DNA of 64,000 bases from NCBI GenBank assembly GCA_002633005.1, contig NMRA01000733.1, positions 111,404 through 175,403 of the forward strand. The letters run 5' to 3'. This DNA comes from Phoronis australis. Its lineage: Eukaryota > Animalia > Phoronida. Positions within the stretch are counted from its first letter, which is position 1, and each line of letters begins with the position of its first letter. A program made the position numbers and the translations under genes. Shown piece by piece: positions 1 to 14,220 of the stretch. The notes beneath the pieces were generated by a model. That model had not been told where the DNA came from. It ran no database searches and worked only from the letters and a program-made list of their open reading frames with translations.

Positions 1-2240
1 TATGAATAGTATTAATGTGTTTTTGAAACAAAATACATCATTTTTGCAATAATTTAGATCTAAATTGGTACAATATACCATTAGTTTTATTTTTAAGTTC
101 ACTTCATCCCTAGATCAACTATGTAAACGCTGAACTTAACTAATTTTATGGAGAAATCCTTAAAGAGTTACGCAAATAAACAAAAAAATCAATCAGAGGA
201 ACCCCCCGCAATGTTCTCAATTTTTCTGTACTAGCAGGTGTTTCATCAAAACTGATGTTCAAATAGAGTCATGCTGGCGTGAAACTGGCAAATATCAACC
301 AGACACTTGGGTTTATCTGTTCCTCGATCACCAGTGAGTTCACTCACTGGGCTACATGTTAAAACAGAAAGGTTGGACATTAAAAATTGGTTTGCTCAGT
401 ATTTTCTACCCAATTGTGCATGGAACTAAACGAAATCAACACCAAACAATTTTTTGAATACCTTCTTTCACTTTATCATATTAAAACTGCCTTCGAGAGG
501 TGATTTACATACAAAAATGTTGAAGCCCATCAAGGTTATTTTTTGACGTTAATGGCAGATCACTGTCATACAAATCCGGATTGTTCATAAACCGTGCCGA
601 AGCAATTCCGAAGCTCTTGTTTTAGTCTGCCCACGAATGCTAGTTGAGTGTCGCTTACATAATTTAATTTCGCTTTGAATGTATTTAAACTCTGGGTTTA
701 TAAAATCCCTAACTCAGTATGTTACCACTTAATTACACAAAGTCTGCCAGACACAACTCTTTGAAAGGACATACTTTTTATCATCAGGGGCACCCAAACG
801 ACACTGGTTCAAATGTGGTCAGGAATATCCCTGTTTATGCAATACCAGTCTGAGGGAGGTGCACACTAATTTACTTGGATTTAGAACAGTTGAAGCTGGC
901 AGCCTAGGAATTGGCAAAATTTCAGTGTCCAACCTTAATGTTAAAGTTTATAATATGGTTAACTTATGGGTCATCGGGAAATTCCTCCGCCCCTGTTGTA
1001 AATCACAGGCATCCTCAACTTCTGATCATCCTTAATAATAGGCCTATCATAAGGCATGACACTCAGAACTAGTAATTCCATGAGTGCTTCACTTCACACA
1101 AAAATCGAGTGTCCGACCTTTTTGTATTATAGTGTATTTGGGCGGTTAGACTCAGAGGCTGATGATGCCTGTGGTTTTACTCAGACGTCCTCACCTTCTG
1201 ATCGTAGCCAATACACTATACATATATACCACACAGTATGACACTCAGAACTAAAAATTTCATGTGTGCTTCAAGTTAACTGTCGACTAGTAAAACTTGA
1301 AGAGAAAGTAATGTTTTTTGACAGCAAATAGTGTCTGAGTGTTCTGTGGAATGTGTGAAGTTATTAACGATCACTAATTACATAGGCTAAGAGTTTGCCA
1401 CTCGATTTGCATAAATATCTCTATGCCGCCTATGAGACCCCGCCGCGGCGGCGTTGCTTTTAAGGCCAGGGCCGGTGTCGAGCCAAGTTCCGTAATGGTT
1501 TTCTAACAATGAAGAGCACGAAAAACTGTTATAGACATCGAAAATGTGAAAAAGCAGATGAAAAGATGATGTGGAATCTAAATGTTTGATTCGTGGCGTC
1601 AGTATTATCACCGGGGTGCTCCTATATCCCGCCTGCCCGTGACTAAAGCAATTGCTTACTCTATTTCCTGTTCAAAACATTAAAATGAAGATTTTTGTTG
1701 GCCAGAATTATTTTGGCGCCACACGAGGTCCTAATGATAACATGCTCATAAAAATGAAATCTAATTTCGAAAAACCGTATTTGATATACAACCCGGCGTT
1801 CATGTTATTAACACAGGTGGTAAACTCAGTTCATTCCATCAACGCCTACGTCATTTGCCACTCAGTGGTCGGAGGTATCTATTGGTCTGCGAGGTAAGAC
1901 CGTGTAAGCCGACCAAGCTCACTTGGTCGGGTAGCCTACTTGATCTGCGACATCTTACTGAAAATGCGCGGCCTGTGTTATCACTTCTCTATCGTATCGT
2001 ACACTGTTGGATCATATATAGCCGAGGTTAAAGTGTGTGTCTGTTTCCTCCCGGCACCGACATTACCGAAATCGAACTGCTCATAAAGGTAACTTTTCGT
2101 AGACAGTGTTGTTGGCAAAGGCACCCTATGTAAAATGGCAGGGAAACTGGTTAAGAAAAATTCCGCCACCGACTAGGCGACTGAGCGGCACGCCCAGCAG
2201 TAGATCTAGAAGTGGAATTTATTTACCGCGGGTATCGAGG

Positions 2241-2247
2241 TATAAAA
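2241..2247 (+). promoter_or_regulatory. TATA box of BAG3-like gene
   Basis: TATAAAA about 170 bp upstream of the BAG3 ATG. Confidence 0.55.
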
Positions 2248-2354
2248 GTGTATTGTCATTCGAAACGTGAATGTAAAATGGGTTGTGATTGGTTTACCAT
2301 GGAATAATCGTCCAATCAAAATACATTTGACAACAAATCCACCAGGTGGCGTAA

Positions 2355-2591
<237 letters not shown>

Positions 2592-2677
2592 TGATCATGG
2601 TCGTCACATACACTGTGACTAAGTTACAACTGTGTCAAACACAAACCGTTAAATTGTTTAAAAAAGATGTGCTTTAT

Positions 2678-2745
2678 CATGGGCGGCGCAGCACTGAAAA
2701 AATGGGTGCTATAGCCCCCCAGCCCCCTATGATGCGCCTCCCATG
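2678..2745. mobile_element. About 65-bp miniature inverted-repeat element (related copies at 54061-54130 and 54136-54204)
   Basis: CATGGGCGGCGCA...TGCGCCTCCCATG ends; shared core GCACTGAAAAAA..GCTATAGCCCCCCAGCCCCCTATG in three places. Confidence 0.55.
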
Positions 2746-3615
2746 TTTATGGGTTTGGAAAGAACTTATTACTAGAGACCAGGCTGTACAATTTCAAGTT
2801 ACAAAGAGCATGGTCTCGAGCAATAAATAACGGCCAGTTCTTTGGAAGACCAAAATCACTTCTCATCCGAGTAAGGAAGAACTTGACACCAATTTTGTAG
2901 CGATTCGCGTTAAAAATCTAAAGTTACAAGAAGTTTCTTTCCTAGGACTGTAATAAGTTCCTAATTATTTCCAGTTTCTTCCACGGGAAGACAGGCTTAT
3001 CATATACTAGTAACTGCTTTAATGTTCTGGCATGTTCTGGGAAGAATGCTGTTGATTCAAGGCGCTCGTCTTACAACCTATTGCTGCTTGCATGCCTATG
3101 AATCCAGTCATCAATTCAGTAAACTGCTTCAAATTAAACTTGGTCACCAGTGCCAGTTACTGGCTACTGTTGATAATCTGATAAACCAAATGAATTTCCT
3201 AGAAGTATAAATAACCTCGTTCCGAAAATTCCCAATGTCGTGCTATTTGAGAGCACCAAAAGCAGCCATTATTCATTCAACAGTTATGAAGTTTACTTCC
3301 ACTTGTGATTGTCTTATGGGGTTTGCTAAATGCCTCTTGGAATCGTTAACCATCGGGCCATAAGCAATTGCTTTTTGGCAGACCGGTGCAGACATTGGAA
3401 CGACATGCTGGAGGCCATGGCTTGAGACTTATGCGTCCTGTTTACTCACACCGCAGACCTTTTTCATGTGCAGCTAAGATTCTCCAACACTGTATGAAGT
3501 GACTTCTTAATACTGTGTGGTATAAGGTGGTGAACCTTCAGTTACCTAATTCTCCTAATCTTTTTGTACTACATGTTGAATTATCAAGTAATTTAATTCA
3601 ACAGGATGGTGACAT

Positions 3616-3707
3616 CACTGGTGTCCAGATAGGTGGCGTCACTGGCGTCCAGATAGGTGGGATCACTGGTGTCCAGATAGGTGGCACCACTGTTGTCCAG
3701 ATAGGTG
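3616..3707. repeat. 24-bp tandem repeat x4 in BAG3 intron
   Basis: Unit CACTGGTGTCCAGATAGGTGGCGT. Confidence 0.85.
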
Positions 3708-3843
3708 TTTGTGGATTTAAAGTGGCCCAGTATGCTGACAACCGGTTTAATTTTGGACGGTTCCTAATTATCTCTTAGATCTGAATGCTTTATTTGTAAC
3801 TCCATGAAAATGTACAATAATTTTTCTTTCTCATGTATTTCAG

Positions 3844-4743
3844 TACTCATATGGTGCTAATCCTATGGCGCCGTATCCTGGGTCTGTGGAGATACCTGTT
3901 CAACACGTGCACCACAGTGGCCATGAACAGACTCCTAGACACTTACCCATCCATCATCAAGACAACCGACAACCTTACCCATCACAGTCAACTCCGTCTT
4001 CAACGGGATTTGCGGCATGTCAGCCTCTAGCTGGGCAATACCGTCATCCTGATGTACAACCCTCAGTTCAACAAGGTGGCTATCCACAAACCTCTCAGCA
4101 GCCACCCTGGTCCACAACTGTACCTCCGACAACCCATCAGGGGCACTACCCTAACCATGTCTCTCAGGGATACCCTGCCCCTCATAATGGTAAACAGCAG
4201 TTGAACCCTCCTTCTCAGCACGTACCCATCCGAGTTACTCAAAAGGACAATGAGCGGACTACATCAAGTAACCAAGCACCAGTTCACTATGGCCAACGCT
4301 GTCCAAGTCCTAGCCCACCAAAAGAGACAAAGGAACAGAATCCAGACTCATCTGACTCGTTAAATCAAGAAACTTCTAAAGAGGAACAAGAAATGCCAAA
4401 ACCAAGTGGTCCCATAGAGCAGATTGAACGCGTCTTTGCCGAAGCAAAACAATACGAAGCTAACATTGCTAATTTTAAGGGGTCTAAAACTGAGAAAGAC
4501 TATCTTTACATAGAAGAAATGTTAACTAGGTGTATCATTAAGTTAGATGTTGTTGAAACTAATGGCATGGAAGAAATTAGAGCTAAGCGGAAATCCACTG
4601 TACATTACATACAGGGGCTCTTAGATCAGTTGGAGCTAAAAGCTTTTGCAAATGGAACATGCACAGAAGATGGCAATGAACCTCAAAACAGCTCCGTTTC
4701 AAACAAAGCTGAGCAATCGTCTAATGTTGAAGAAAAGTGTTAA
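3844..4743 (+). CDS. BAG3: BAG3-like co-chaperone, exon 2 (IPV motif, Pro-rich region, BAG domain)
   Basis: Acceptor tttcag at 3843 in frame with ORF 3865-4743; EIPVQH motif; BAG domain FKGSKTEKDYLYIEEMLTRCIIKLDVVETNGMEEIRAKRKSTVHYIQGLLDQLE; spliced product 353 aa. Confidence 0.9.
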   Translation, partial: YSYGANPMAPYPGSVEIPVQHVHHSGHEQTPRHLPIHHQDNRQPYPSQSTPSSTGFAACQPLAGQYRHPDVQPSVQQGGYPQTSQQPPWSTTVPPTTHQGHYPNHVSQGYPAPHNGKQQLNPPSQHVPIRVTQKDNERTTSSNQAPVHYGQRCPSPSPPKETKEQNPDSSDSLNQETSKEEQEMPKPSGPIEQIERVFAEAKQYEANIANFKGSKTEKDYLYIEEMLTRCIIKLDVVETNGMEEIRAKRKSTVHYIQGLLDQLELKAFANGTCTEDGNEPQNSSVSNKAEQSSNVEEKC

Positions 4744-6299
4744 AATGCTTGCTAAGTATCTGTGATCATTTGCTTTATTTTGAACATTAGCCCATGTACA
4801 TATGTAGGTATTGCCTGAAATGTGTCTTGAGTGCAATAAGAGAGGCTCAAGTTGGTGCTCCTCCAAGGATTCAGTGTGTCAAGGAATGAGCTGACATAAC
4901 GTGTCATATTGAGACTTAATGCAGCAGGTGACACCTGGTGTGTATAACATCTATTTGTTACAGATCTGTATCAAACCACAGTGATGGACTAGATGAGTAC
5001 TGTTGCTTTGTGCCATTTCACTGTAGCTTGAAGTTTTGTACAGAAGTAATATAAATTGTTACCAAGCTGTAGTGATAGATAAATTGACTGTGATAACTTA
5101 AAACATTATTTATTAAAACAGTTTTTGCAGTCCTTAACACATGTTTTTATTGACACACTAATTCTTTAAAAAGGAAATATTGGATTATGGATGGTACAGC
5201 ATAAACAAAACACTGAACCAACAGCAATATTTTAGATTAAGGGTAACACTGGTCCACATATTCCATTCCTATGTGAAACTTGCAAGGTGTTGACTACAGG
5301 GTGTGTGTTCTGCAGAGCAAGCCTCTTTCAGAAGTATCGCGAGTCTCCATCAGACCAAAGTAGTTCTCAGTATGATGTTGAAAAAGGACAAAAACCAAGA
5401 GGGACTCTCCATTAAAACGCAGTGCACAGGGTCACTTTCAAATTGAGCTTGAGGCCAATTTTGCCAGTTTCAGTCTGTCCCAAGCCATCAAAACATTCAG
5501 ACTTGTTTGGACATTCTGAGAATGACTTTGATGTGACAGGGCCCAGGTCACACAAAACCACGCAAGAGAATGGCAAGTGTTTTGGGAGTAAGCTCGTGTG
5601 ACCTCACTAACCTCTACTAGCAAAATGGCCATTACTTAACTGATCAGTCAGCCAGGCTGAAATTTTGAATAAGCTAACTTCTCACTGCAATATCAACAAA
5701 CCATAGCCCTGGTCATTAGGTTCTTTGGAATTGTGAGGTCCTGCTAGGCAGAGGGTAAAATAAGGGAACACTAAACTTCACTAAATCGAATATTAAGGGG
5801 TAGCATTTAAATGTTCTGAAGTTGATTACATGTTGGCTAGTGTGCACTAACAGTAATTGGTCAAGTGGTCAGTTGTCATTGTTTGGCCAAAGTCACCCAT
5901 TCCTACCAAAAACGATTCATAATGCCCAAATCTCAAATACTGCGAGACCATTTGGGTCTGTCATAACCAAATTTTAAATTGAAAGGTAACTGCAAAAGTT
6001 AGATAATTGAGAGACATACTTTGAATAAACATCTACATTTCAACTCCCTTTTGACTATGATCCTAGAGCCATGTTTGAGCTTGCAAAATGTATTCAAACC
6101 TCCAGGTAGCACGGACTGCACAAGAGGAAACACGAATAAAACGACATACGAGGTCCCTCGTTTTCACAAGTGACTCGTCAGAATATCACCTGGAGTTGCC
6201 TAATACCCCGCTAGAAATTGACCAAGGCCTAGTTTCTAAATGCAATGTGCTTTTTAAGCTGCTGTGTTCGTATGGTGGTTCATAGAATTAATGGCCTTA

Positions 6300-6452
6300 C
6301 AGTAAAACTTGCATAAGTTGGACACGTATAAGTCGGATTTTTGCTTAATTCAGTGGCACAGTTGTTGGCCCACTTGGGACTTGAGACATTTCACCTTACT
6401 CGGATGAAACCTCTTAGTACAGTTGGATCCGACCTAATTGTGAGTTTTACTG
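6300..6452. mobile_element. Tc1/mariner-type MITE
   Basis: TA|CAGTAAAACT...AGTTTTACTG inverted ends. Confidence 0.5.
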
Positions 6453-7369
6453 CATAAAAGAAGAAAGTAATCCAACCACTTTAATACATATAGTAAATAT
6501 ATAGATGCTGAGGTATGAAATAATACATTATTATACAAATATTACTACATTTAAAATAAAAACATTAATAAAATGGGTTACGCAGAATCACAACTCCATT
6601 TCTCAACAGAGTGAGGACAGCATCTGTCCATGACATGAATACCACACAGTGATACAAATACGATACTGAGATAAAAACGACAAATAGAATGACAAAGCCT
6701 GATACCACAATCATTAACAGCGAAATTGCTTTCAAGCCTACAAAATGTGTCATGTTACAATTTTGTGGTATCTCAGATAGAGATGAAACAGAAGTTTTAA
6801 CATAATGTAGACAAGATCAGAGATATCCGTCCTAAGTACAAGTACGGTTTTACCATGCCTTTACAAGCTTGTATCCGAAATAATGCTTAGTAATGCCCCT
6901 TTTCACACCCTTTTTACCAAAGTGGTTTACGTATTGACATATGCGCCTAAGTTTTGCACATAAGCCCAGGTAATGTGCCCTGCATAAACCCATATTAATT
7001 TGTATATAGGTGCACCCGTTTTGACTACTGCTATGCTTCCTAATGGCAATTTTTATGGTTGGCTCAGTCAGTACCTTTGAAGTTCCTTGCCGTGTTTTCA
7101 AGAAATTTGACAAAAATAATTGGTTCCAAGCAACTGACAAATCACATATAGAGCATGACTGTTGTGTCAATGAGCCAAAAGTGCAGCATGTACTGTATGA
7201 ACAAACAAGACGAACAAAGTTACCAAAGGAACTGCAGTGGTGAAATTTTTTCGATAAGTAATGTAATGAATACAAAAACAATAGAGCGAGGCTGGAAAAG
7301 GGATTCCTTTCTTCTACAACTGCCAACATGAAAGTCAGATCCACTTCACCAGTTGACCTGTTCAGCTTC

Positions 7370-7509
7370 TTATGTGCATTCACCATCAGTTCTCAGCTCA
7401 GCGTGTCTGTATTTCAGTAGTTCAAGACAGCAATTATGCCAATATACAAAGGCAATAACTACAATAATGTGCCACAGCTGATGGCTAGACCCAATAAAAT
7501 CCACTTTAC
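7370..7509 (-). CDS. PAQR3: PAQR3 last coding exon
   Basis: G-KVDFIGSSHQLWHIIVVIAFVYWH...ECT*; PAQR HxxWH motif; acceptor tgtag at 7510, phase 1. Confidence 0.9.
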
Positions 7510-7657
7510 CTACAACACGCAGAAACACATGTCAATTAAAACAAACAATAAAGCACAATGTGAATGAGCAGCCCCCACACTGCAGTTATTCAACATTAAG
7601 GACAGTACTAAGGAAAAAGTCTTCTCTATCAGATTTCTGGAAGTACAATTACATGTT

Positions 7658-7912
7658 GACACACCATCAGTAGTGGTACACACCATCAGAAGTGGTACAC
7701 ACCATTAGTAGTGGAACACAGCATTAGTAGTGGTACACACCATCAGTAGTGGTACACACCATCAGTAGTGGAACACAGCATTAGTAGTGGTACACACCAT
7801 CAGTAGTGGTACACACCATCAGTAGTGGTACACACCATCAGTAGCGCAACACACCATCAGTAGTGCAACACACCATCAGTAGTGCAACACACCATCACTA
7901 GTGGTACACAAA
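7658..7912. repeat. 19-bp minisatellite, about 13 copies
   Basis: Unit ACACACCATCAGTAGTGGT. Confidence 0.9.
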
Positions 7913-8119
7913 CTGTTTCACACAGACACTGCATTTAGAGCTGTATTTTGCCCTATTTAGCTGCCTAAAAACTAAAACCCAATTAGGTCTTTTATTCTCA
8001 TTTAAAAATAATTTCATAATGTTCTATAGCATGATTCTATTTCAGTGACCAACAAGAATATCATAAGCATGAGAAACTCAAGGAAATGATTCTGAGTTTA
8101 TTTGGGTTGGCCAATCTTA

Positions 8120-8375
8120 CATGTTGCCTAAAGCCTGAAACTTGAGTTTATGGCTCATCCTAAATGTTGACTATAGCCTGAGACTTGAGTTTAAGGCTCA
8201 TTCTAAATGTTGACTATAGACTGAGACTTGACTTTAAGGCGCATTCTAAATGTTGACTATAGACTGAGACTTGAGTTTATGGCTCATTCTAAATGTCGAC
8301 TATAGCCTGACACTTGAATTCATGGCTCATTCTAAATGTTGACTATAGCCTGAGACTTGAGTTTATGGCTCATTC
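8120..8375. repeat. 43-bp minisatellite, about 6 copies
   Basis: GACTATAG recurs at 8169, 8212, 8255, 8298, 8341. Confidence 0.9.
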
Positions 8376-8659
8376 AGCAACAGTTCAAGATCAGATGAGC
8401 CTGGTAATGTTTTTGAACCCCAAAGTTCTTTAACTAAGAAGTGAACATTGACAGTTAAACAGCAGTGAAATGCCCCTTTAAGTATTTTGTCAATTATTAA
8501 GCATGCTTAAAAATCAGACATTAGAAGTTCAACACAAATAGATTTGGGATGCACAGACTTGGATGCTCACGCACAGACACATTATTTTCAAGTTTTTTTC
8601 AAAATGGGATATTAGGGACATTTGGCTTGATGATTTAACAAGACATTTGACTGACTTAC

Positions 8660-8750
8660 CTGGGCAGCATTTCTCTGGAACTTTCGTTAAGTAAATGGCC
8701 AAGGCAACAGCCCCCAATGTATACATTGTTATCACTTTAGGCATAAATAT
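8660..8750 (-). CDS. PAQR3: PAQR3 coding exon 5
   Basis: IFMPKVITMYTLGAVALAIYLTKVPEKCCPG; PAQR PE..PG motif; 91 nt with AG/GTAAGT boundaries. Confidence 0.9.
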
Positions 8751-9245
8751 CTGAAACAAAGAGTTTTACAAATTTATAATGTGCTTGCAGTTCATGGCTC
8801 CCAAATAAGGCAACAAGAGCAAGGCAGAGATGTGTGCCCACAGTGTGTACTGCACATGGCAAACTTTGTAAGGGGTGCTCATTTTTACGAATGGTTCTGC
8901 ACACAAGAAAAAGCAATATTGGTGAACTTGAACTTGAGTCTAAAGCGTGTAGTGCTAGTCAACTGATATGGGGTAATTCCATTTGTGATGGAGGTACAAT
9001 CAGAGAACATTTTGACCAATTGTGAAAAGTTTTCATCCTAGGAAAATAATTAATACATCAATTGTTAGGTTTCATTGTCATATAGCTTCCAAAGCATGTA
9101 GAAACTTTTCTCCTATCTTGTTATCTGACGGAGGAAATTTCGTTTAAAGGGGTGTGACGGACGTAAACAGAGTATTTGAATTTTTTAAAAAAAAATTAAC
9201 GTTAATTGTCTGTGAGTTGCACCGAGTTAGAATTTTTTTGTTTGA

Positions 9246-9667
9246 TATGATGATTTAGTGGAATGTTTGTAAAGTACAACATACTAATATGATGATTTAG
9301 TGGAATGTTTGTAAAGTACAACATACTAATGTGATGATTTAGTGGAATGTTTGTAAAGTACAACATACTAACATGATGATTTACTGGAATGTTTGTAAAG
9401 TACAACATACTAATATGATGATTTAGTGGAATGTTTGTAAAGTACAACATACTAATATGATGATTTAGTGGAATGTTTGTAAAGTACAACATACTAATGT
9501 GATGATTTAGTGGAATGTTTGTAAAGTACAACATACTAATATGATGATTTAGTGGAATGTTTGTAAAGTACAACATACTAATATGATGATTTAGTGGAAT
9601 GTTTGTAAAGTACAACATACTAATATGATGATTTAGTGGAATGTTTGTAAAGTACAACATACTAATG
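9246..9667. repeat. 42-bp minisatellite x10
   Basis: Unit ATATGATGATTTAGTGGAATGTTTGTAAAGTACAACATACTA; source of spurious ORF 9202-9660. Confidence 0.95.
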
Positions 9668-9873
9668 TTTTGATGATATCTTTAAAGAAATTTTTTTTAG
9701 ACAACTTTATGTAAGATGAGTTAGTGTGAGGGATGTACGTGATGGACGTATGCTCTGAATTTCTAGTATTAAACTTCAGAATTTAGGCTATGCTAGTCTT
9801 TTGCTACTGATTCCATATTTTTTTAATCAAAATACACCGACTGACCTTTTGCATGAAATCATCACCCCAGGTA

Positions 9874-10937
9874 AGCCAATGCTGGGAATGTACTCTAGGA
9901 TTTTATTTTTTTTAACACATTTGATTAACGATATAATACAACCTCCCAAAATCCTCACTTTTCTTTGAAGATGTGGACGGTAATGAGAGAGATAATTATT
10001 TTGTATACAACACCTGTTGGTAATCAGGAAAACTGTTTTTATGCGTTAAGTAGGTATGACAAAATTCAAAACTTGTCTAGTAAATAAATATGAATATCCT
10101 AAATATAAAATGTGAAATAAAGTTTAAAACATTATCAATCATCATTGTATTGTAACAACATAGTAGGACTTGCCCTAAGCTTGTACAGACTTGTCTGGAC
10201 AATATAAGTGATTATGATGCATGCCCATGTCAATAATAAAGGTGCTGTTTTAAAAATATTAGTATCAAGATTTCAGTATCTTCTTATAACAAACTATGAA
10301 GCAAACAATTGGTTCAGCATGGTTTAGTTGACACTTGACAGCATCATCTTGTAGCATTCGAATTTTGATCAAAACACCGGTGCTGTCTTGCAGTGTTAAG
10401 GCAGACATTAAATTTAGGATTACAATTTAGGAATACGTGGAACTAATAAAATTATCAAATGTTGGTCCTTAGTAATAAGCTTGATTAGCTTTTCATTTAG
10501 CAATATTTTCTTCTTTGCAATTTTAAAAGATGCATTTAATTAAGGTCACTTTAGGGTTCATGCAGATACAATTTGAATTTCTTGATCCATGATGGCATTT
10601 TTTCAAGTTTCAGAGAACTTTCCAGCAGATATTTGCTCCTCTCCCAGTTGCACCTAGTCTCCAACAATTCCCTCTTTTGTTTCTAAAAGCTGGTTCAATC
10701 TCCTCAAAATTGCAGTAGAAAAAGAGATAATCTTTCTCAAAAAATTGCGAGATCAAGGTTCTTGTTTTGCCAAAAATATGTAAAATTAGGCAATGTAATC
10801 ATCTGCTATGAAATCATTTCATACAATCCACCCAAAACACTGAAAAACAAGAGCTACTACAGTCACTGAAGGTGTGACAAAACGCTTTATAAAGTAGCTC
10901 ACAGTTTTCTATCACTTAAAAATTCCCAGCATCGGCT
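9874..10937. mobile_element. Non-autonomous DNA element with 16-bp TIRs
   Basis: AGCCAATGCTGGGAAT ... ATTCCCAGCATCGGCT; appears nested in a larger relic (about 8970-11972, GGGGTAATTCCAT/ATGGAATTGCAC ends). Confidence 0.4.
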
Positions 10938-12832
10938 TTTTACCAAAAAAGAAAACAGCATAACGAGTCATAACAAAAATAACATGATGATTCCAGCAAA
11001 ACAGCAACTTGACATGTATTCCTTTCGGACTCTTATTACTCCAGTGCTCCCATGGAAATCTTTGATATGAATACTTTTTGCTTCAGATGTTTTCCAAAAA
11101 CTAAGGACTTCTTTACAAACATGGGGCACTAACACAAAAACAATAAGTTAACATTTTGTTTTACTTACATTCTATCATGTGGTCTCACTGTTTAATTTTT
11201 ACAAGTTGAATTCTCTAAGAATAACTTGATGACACTTCTCACCAGATACTTTTGAAATTCAAAAAGTCCAATGAGAGAGCAACTTAATTTTATGGCTGTC
11301 TGTTTAATATTTAATCATTTTAGGTTCTTAGGTGTGAGACAAATTGCATCTTCTGCAAGTTTGGAAAGTAAAAATAAGACTTAAGGTTATATTTATTGGC
11401 TGAAAATTGTAATTTCATGGGTGTGACGGACATACGTGACGGGCGTACAAATTTGCTGTAGGTCTGTCACACAATTCCTGACTTAACAAATAATCCCTGG
11501 GATCTAAAATTTTGGTCAAAGGTATTGAGTAACAAGTTCAAAGAGAATCTGAAATTATTTTAATTTTGATTGAGAACTTAACGTAACTAAACTTTTTAGC
11601 ACTTTTTTGTGATGGACGTACGGCAACATGATATCCAGGAGTTGGCCTTTGACCCAAGGAGGTCAACAATGCGATACTGGTCAAATGATATTTTTTGGAA
11701 AGGCTTCATGTGATTGTGCAAATTTGATAATATAGCAAAATACCCATAATTAGCTGACACAATAATTAGTAAGACACATAAAAAAATGGGTAATTCTTTA
11801 GGGTCAAGTGATCCCCAATAGTGGGTCCATTTACGAAAAAAAAAAAAAGCTACAGGAAATTGAAATATGAGCCCTGAAAGAGAGATTGGGCTTTCAGGTG
11901 ACACCAGAAATGTTTATCTGGACACAGTTTTAATTTTTTGTCTCTGGGTTGACCTTTTCATGGAATTGCACAATAATCAATGCTAGTCATGCTCACGTCA
12001 AGAGATATTCACTTGTCACTATGATTCTTCAACAATTTGGCAGATAGAGAGGTGGATACCAATAGTAATTACTGTCTGTTAAATAAAATTACCACTAGGG
12101 GCGCAGTACCAGTTGGAGCTGTCTGAAAATGGGCATGTGCTGCTTTATCCTGAATTAATGTTATCTGCCACATCACACTCCTTCATCAAACTGGTAGGTA
12201 TAAATGCAAAAACAAATACCACCAGGAAGAGCAGCAGTACTCAAATACCACCAGATGGAGCAGCAGTACTCAAAACAGTCCAAAGATCAACCATCAGGCA
12301 AAATGGCTGCAGTGAAATTTCAGGGTCATGCTATCATGCCTGATTTGAGTAGGCTAGTTCATCAAAAGAACTAATGAGAATGTTCATGCAGACTGTGAGA
12401 GAGGAAGAATGGCAGCCATGACACTAATACGACTGCAAGAAATGAGGACTATATTCTTGAAATATTCTATAATTCAGACTCATGCTTTATCAGATAATAT
12501 TGCTTGATGGTCCATCTACTGTATAAAAATGTTACCACTTTTATTATTCTAGACCAAACCCAATACAGTATCTGACCCAGCATATTCTTTCTGCGTTCTA
12601 CAGCTTAAAACTAACACCACAAAAAGCAAGACGTCAACCACAACACATAAAATATGAAAAGCTCTCAGGTACTATAACAGTAAGCATTGGGGTTGGGCAG
12701 TGGCTTCTCACTTTTACACCTATAGGAGATAAAACCCCATTTCTTTCTCTAAAGCTGTTTTACTGAGACAAGCAGGGAACAAGTATTGCGAAAGATTACA
12801 TATCAGCACAATAGCAACCATCTGCTACTTAC

Positions 12833-13036
12833 CACAAATTCCTCAAAGAATCCAGTGTAGTGAGTCATTGCAATGCCCCAGCGTATCGTGGGTATAATGC
12901 CAAATAAAACTAGAGCAACATAGAGCACGGTCCGCTTCCTGGCCCAAGAAGGGGAAAAATAGTTCTTGTTAAACTGCAGCGCAAGCACCACCAGTGACAA
13001 AACAATGACACAGAGCATGAAGATGTCTCTTTCAGT
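12833..13036 (-). CDS. PAQR3: PAQR3 coding exon 4
   Basis: TERDIFMLCVIVLSLVVLALQF...LFGIIPTIRW...; hydrophobic TM segments; 204 nt, phase 0/0. Confidence 0.85.
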
Positions 13037-14220
13037 CTGGAAATACAAACACAGAGAGACTTGGAATAAACAACTGACCGTTAGCTATTCTTCACAAAAT
13101 ACAACTACATGAGAAATGGACAACTTCACTGAACACAATTATTGACACTTTCACTCCAAAACACAAAAATGACACCAAGCAAGCCCCTTTATGTTATTAC
13201 ATAATAACAACTACAGACCCAAACCACTTTTATTTTATTACCCGGTACATGATAACGTCAACTGAGCAAACCTCTTTGTTTTATTGTGTGATAACATCTA
13301 CTGAGCAAGCCACTTTGTTTGATAATATAACATCTACTGAGCAAGCCTCTTAATTTTATTATGTGATAATATCTATTAAACAAGCCTCTTTATTTTATAA
13401 TGTGATAACATTTACTGACTCAGCTTCTCATCACGTTACTTGCTCAATGAATCACACCAACTTGAAGACTTGTGGGCAGATGTTCAGGATGAAACTTAAA
13501 GGAGAGACTTAGTATGGAGAGAAGAGCAAGACATATCTTGAGGAAAACACTGTGGTTTGTGGCCATACAACAGTCATTTTAATAAAATCATCAAATTTCA
13601 ATTTTGTTTCTGGTAGAATTATATTAGACGGATTATTTTCGAAGGTAATATGCCATGTAAGGGATTGACAATAATGATATTACTGTAACTTTATGTTATT
13701 GAACATAAAGTAACAATAATGATATTATTGTTACTTTATGTTATTGAACATAAAGTGTAATAGTCCACAACAATGAAAAAACAGTTGAATGATGAACAAA
13801 ATGACTTGATGGTATTGAACAACAGAGAGAAATCATACACACCGTGTTCAATAAGTTTCTTATAGACACATGTGAGTTTATGCATATTCCAACCTCACAT
13901 TTCAAAGTACAATGGAACTGTTTATGTGTTAGTGTTTGACGTGCATATTTAATCAAAACTCGACAGTGACAGCTGCAGTCTGATTGTACTCCAAGAAATA
14001 AAGAATGACATATCAGACCACCAAAAGCACAGATTTTTCAAAAACGCACGATGCATTTTCCATTTTCTTTACATTTCGAAGCTGTTCACTTAATCAGGCT
14101 TTTGCTAATGGCTACTTTGGGGCTATTTTTTATTTCTCAGCATGCAGTGTGATGAAACAATCCAATATAGAAAGCACAGTACCACAAAGCAGAAAAAGAT
14201 TTTATAATACAGCTACTAAC

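Noticed and set aside
1056-1275. Direct repeat ATGACACTCAGAACTA...TGCTTCA at 1056 and 1238
   Set aside because: Short degenerate duplication with no TIR, TSD or coding signal I can support
3515-3778. ORF with GITGVQIG repeats
   Set aside because: Product of the 24-bp intronic tandem repeat
6850-7386. 178-aa minus-strand ORF
   Set aside because: Lies in the PAQR3 3' UTR, out of frame with PAQR3, no recognisable motif
9202-9660. 152-aa ORF of MLYFTNIPLNHHIS repeats; repeats also resemble snoRNA box C
   Set aside because: Translation of a 42-bp intronic minisatellite; no splice sites and no box D partner
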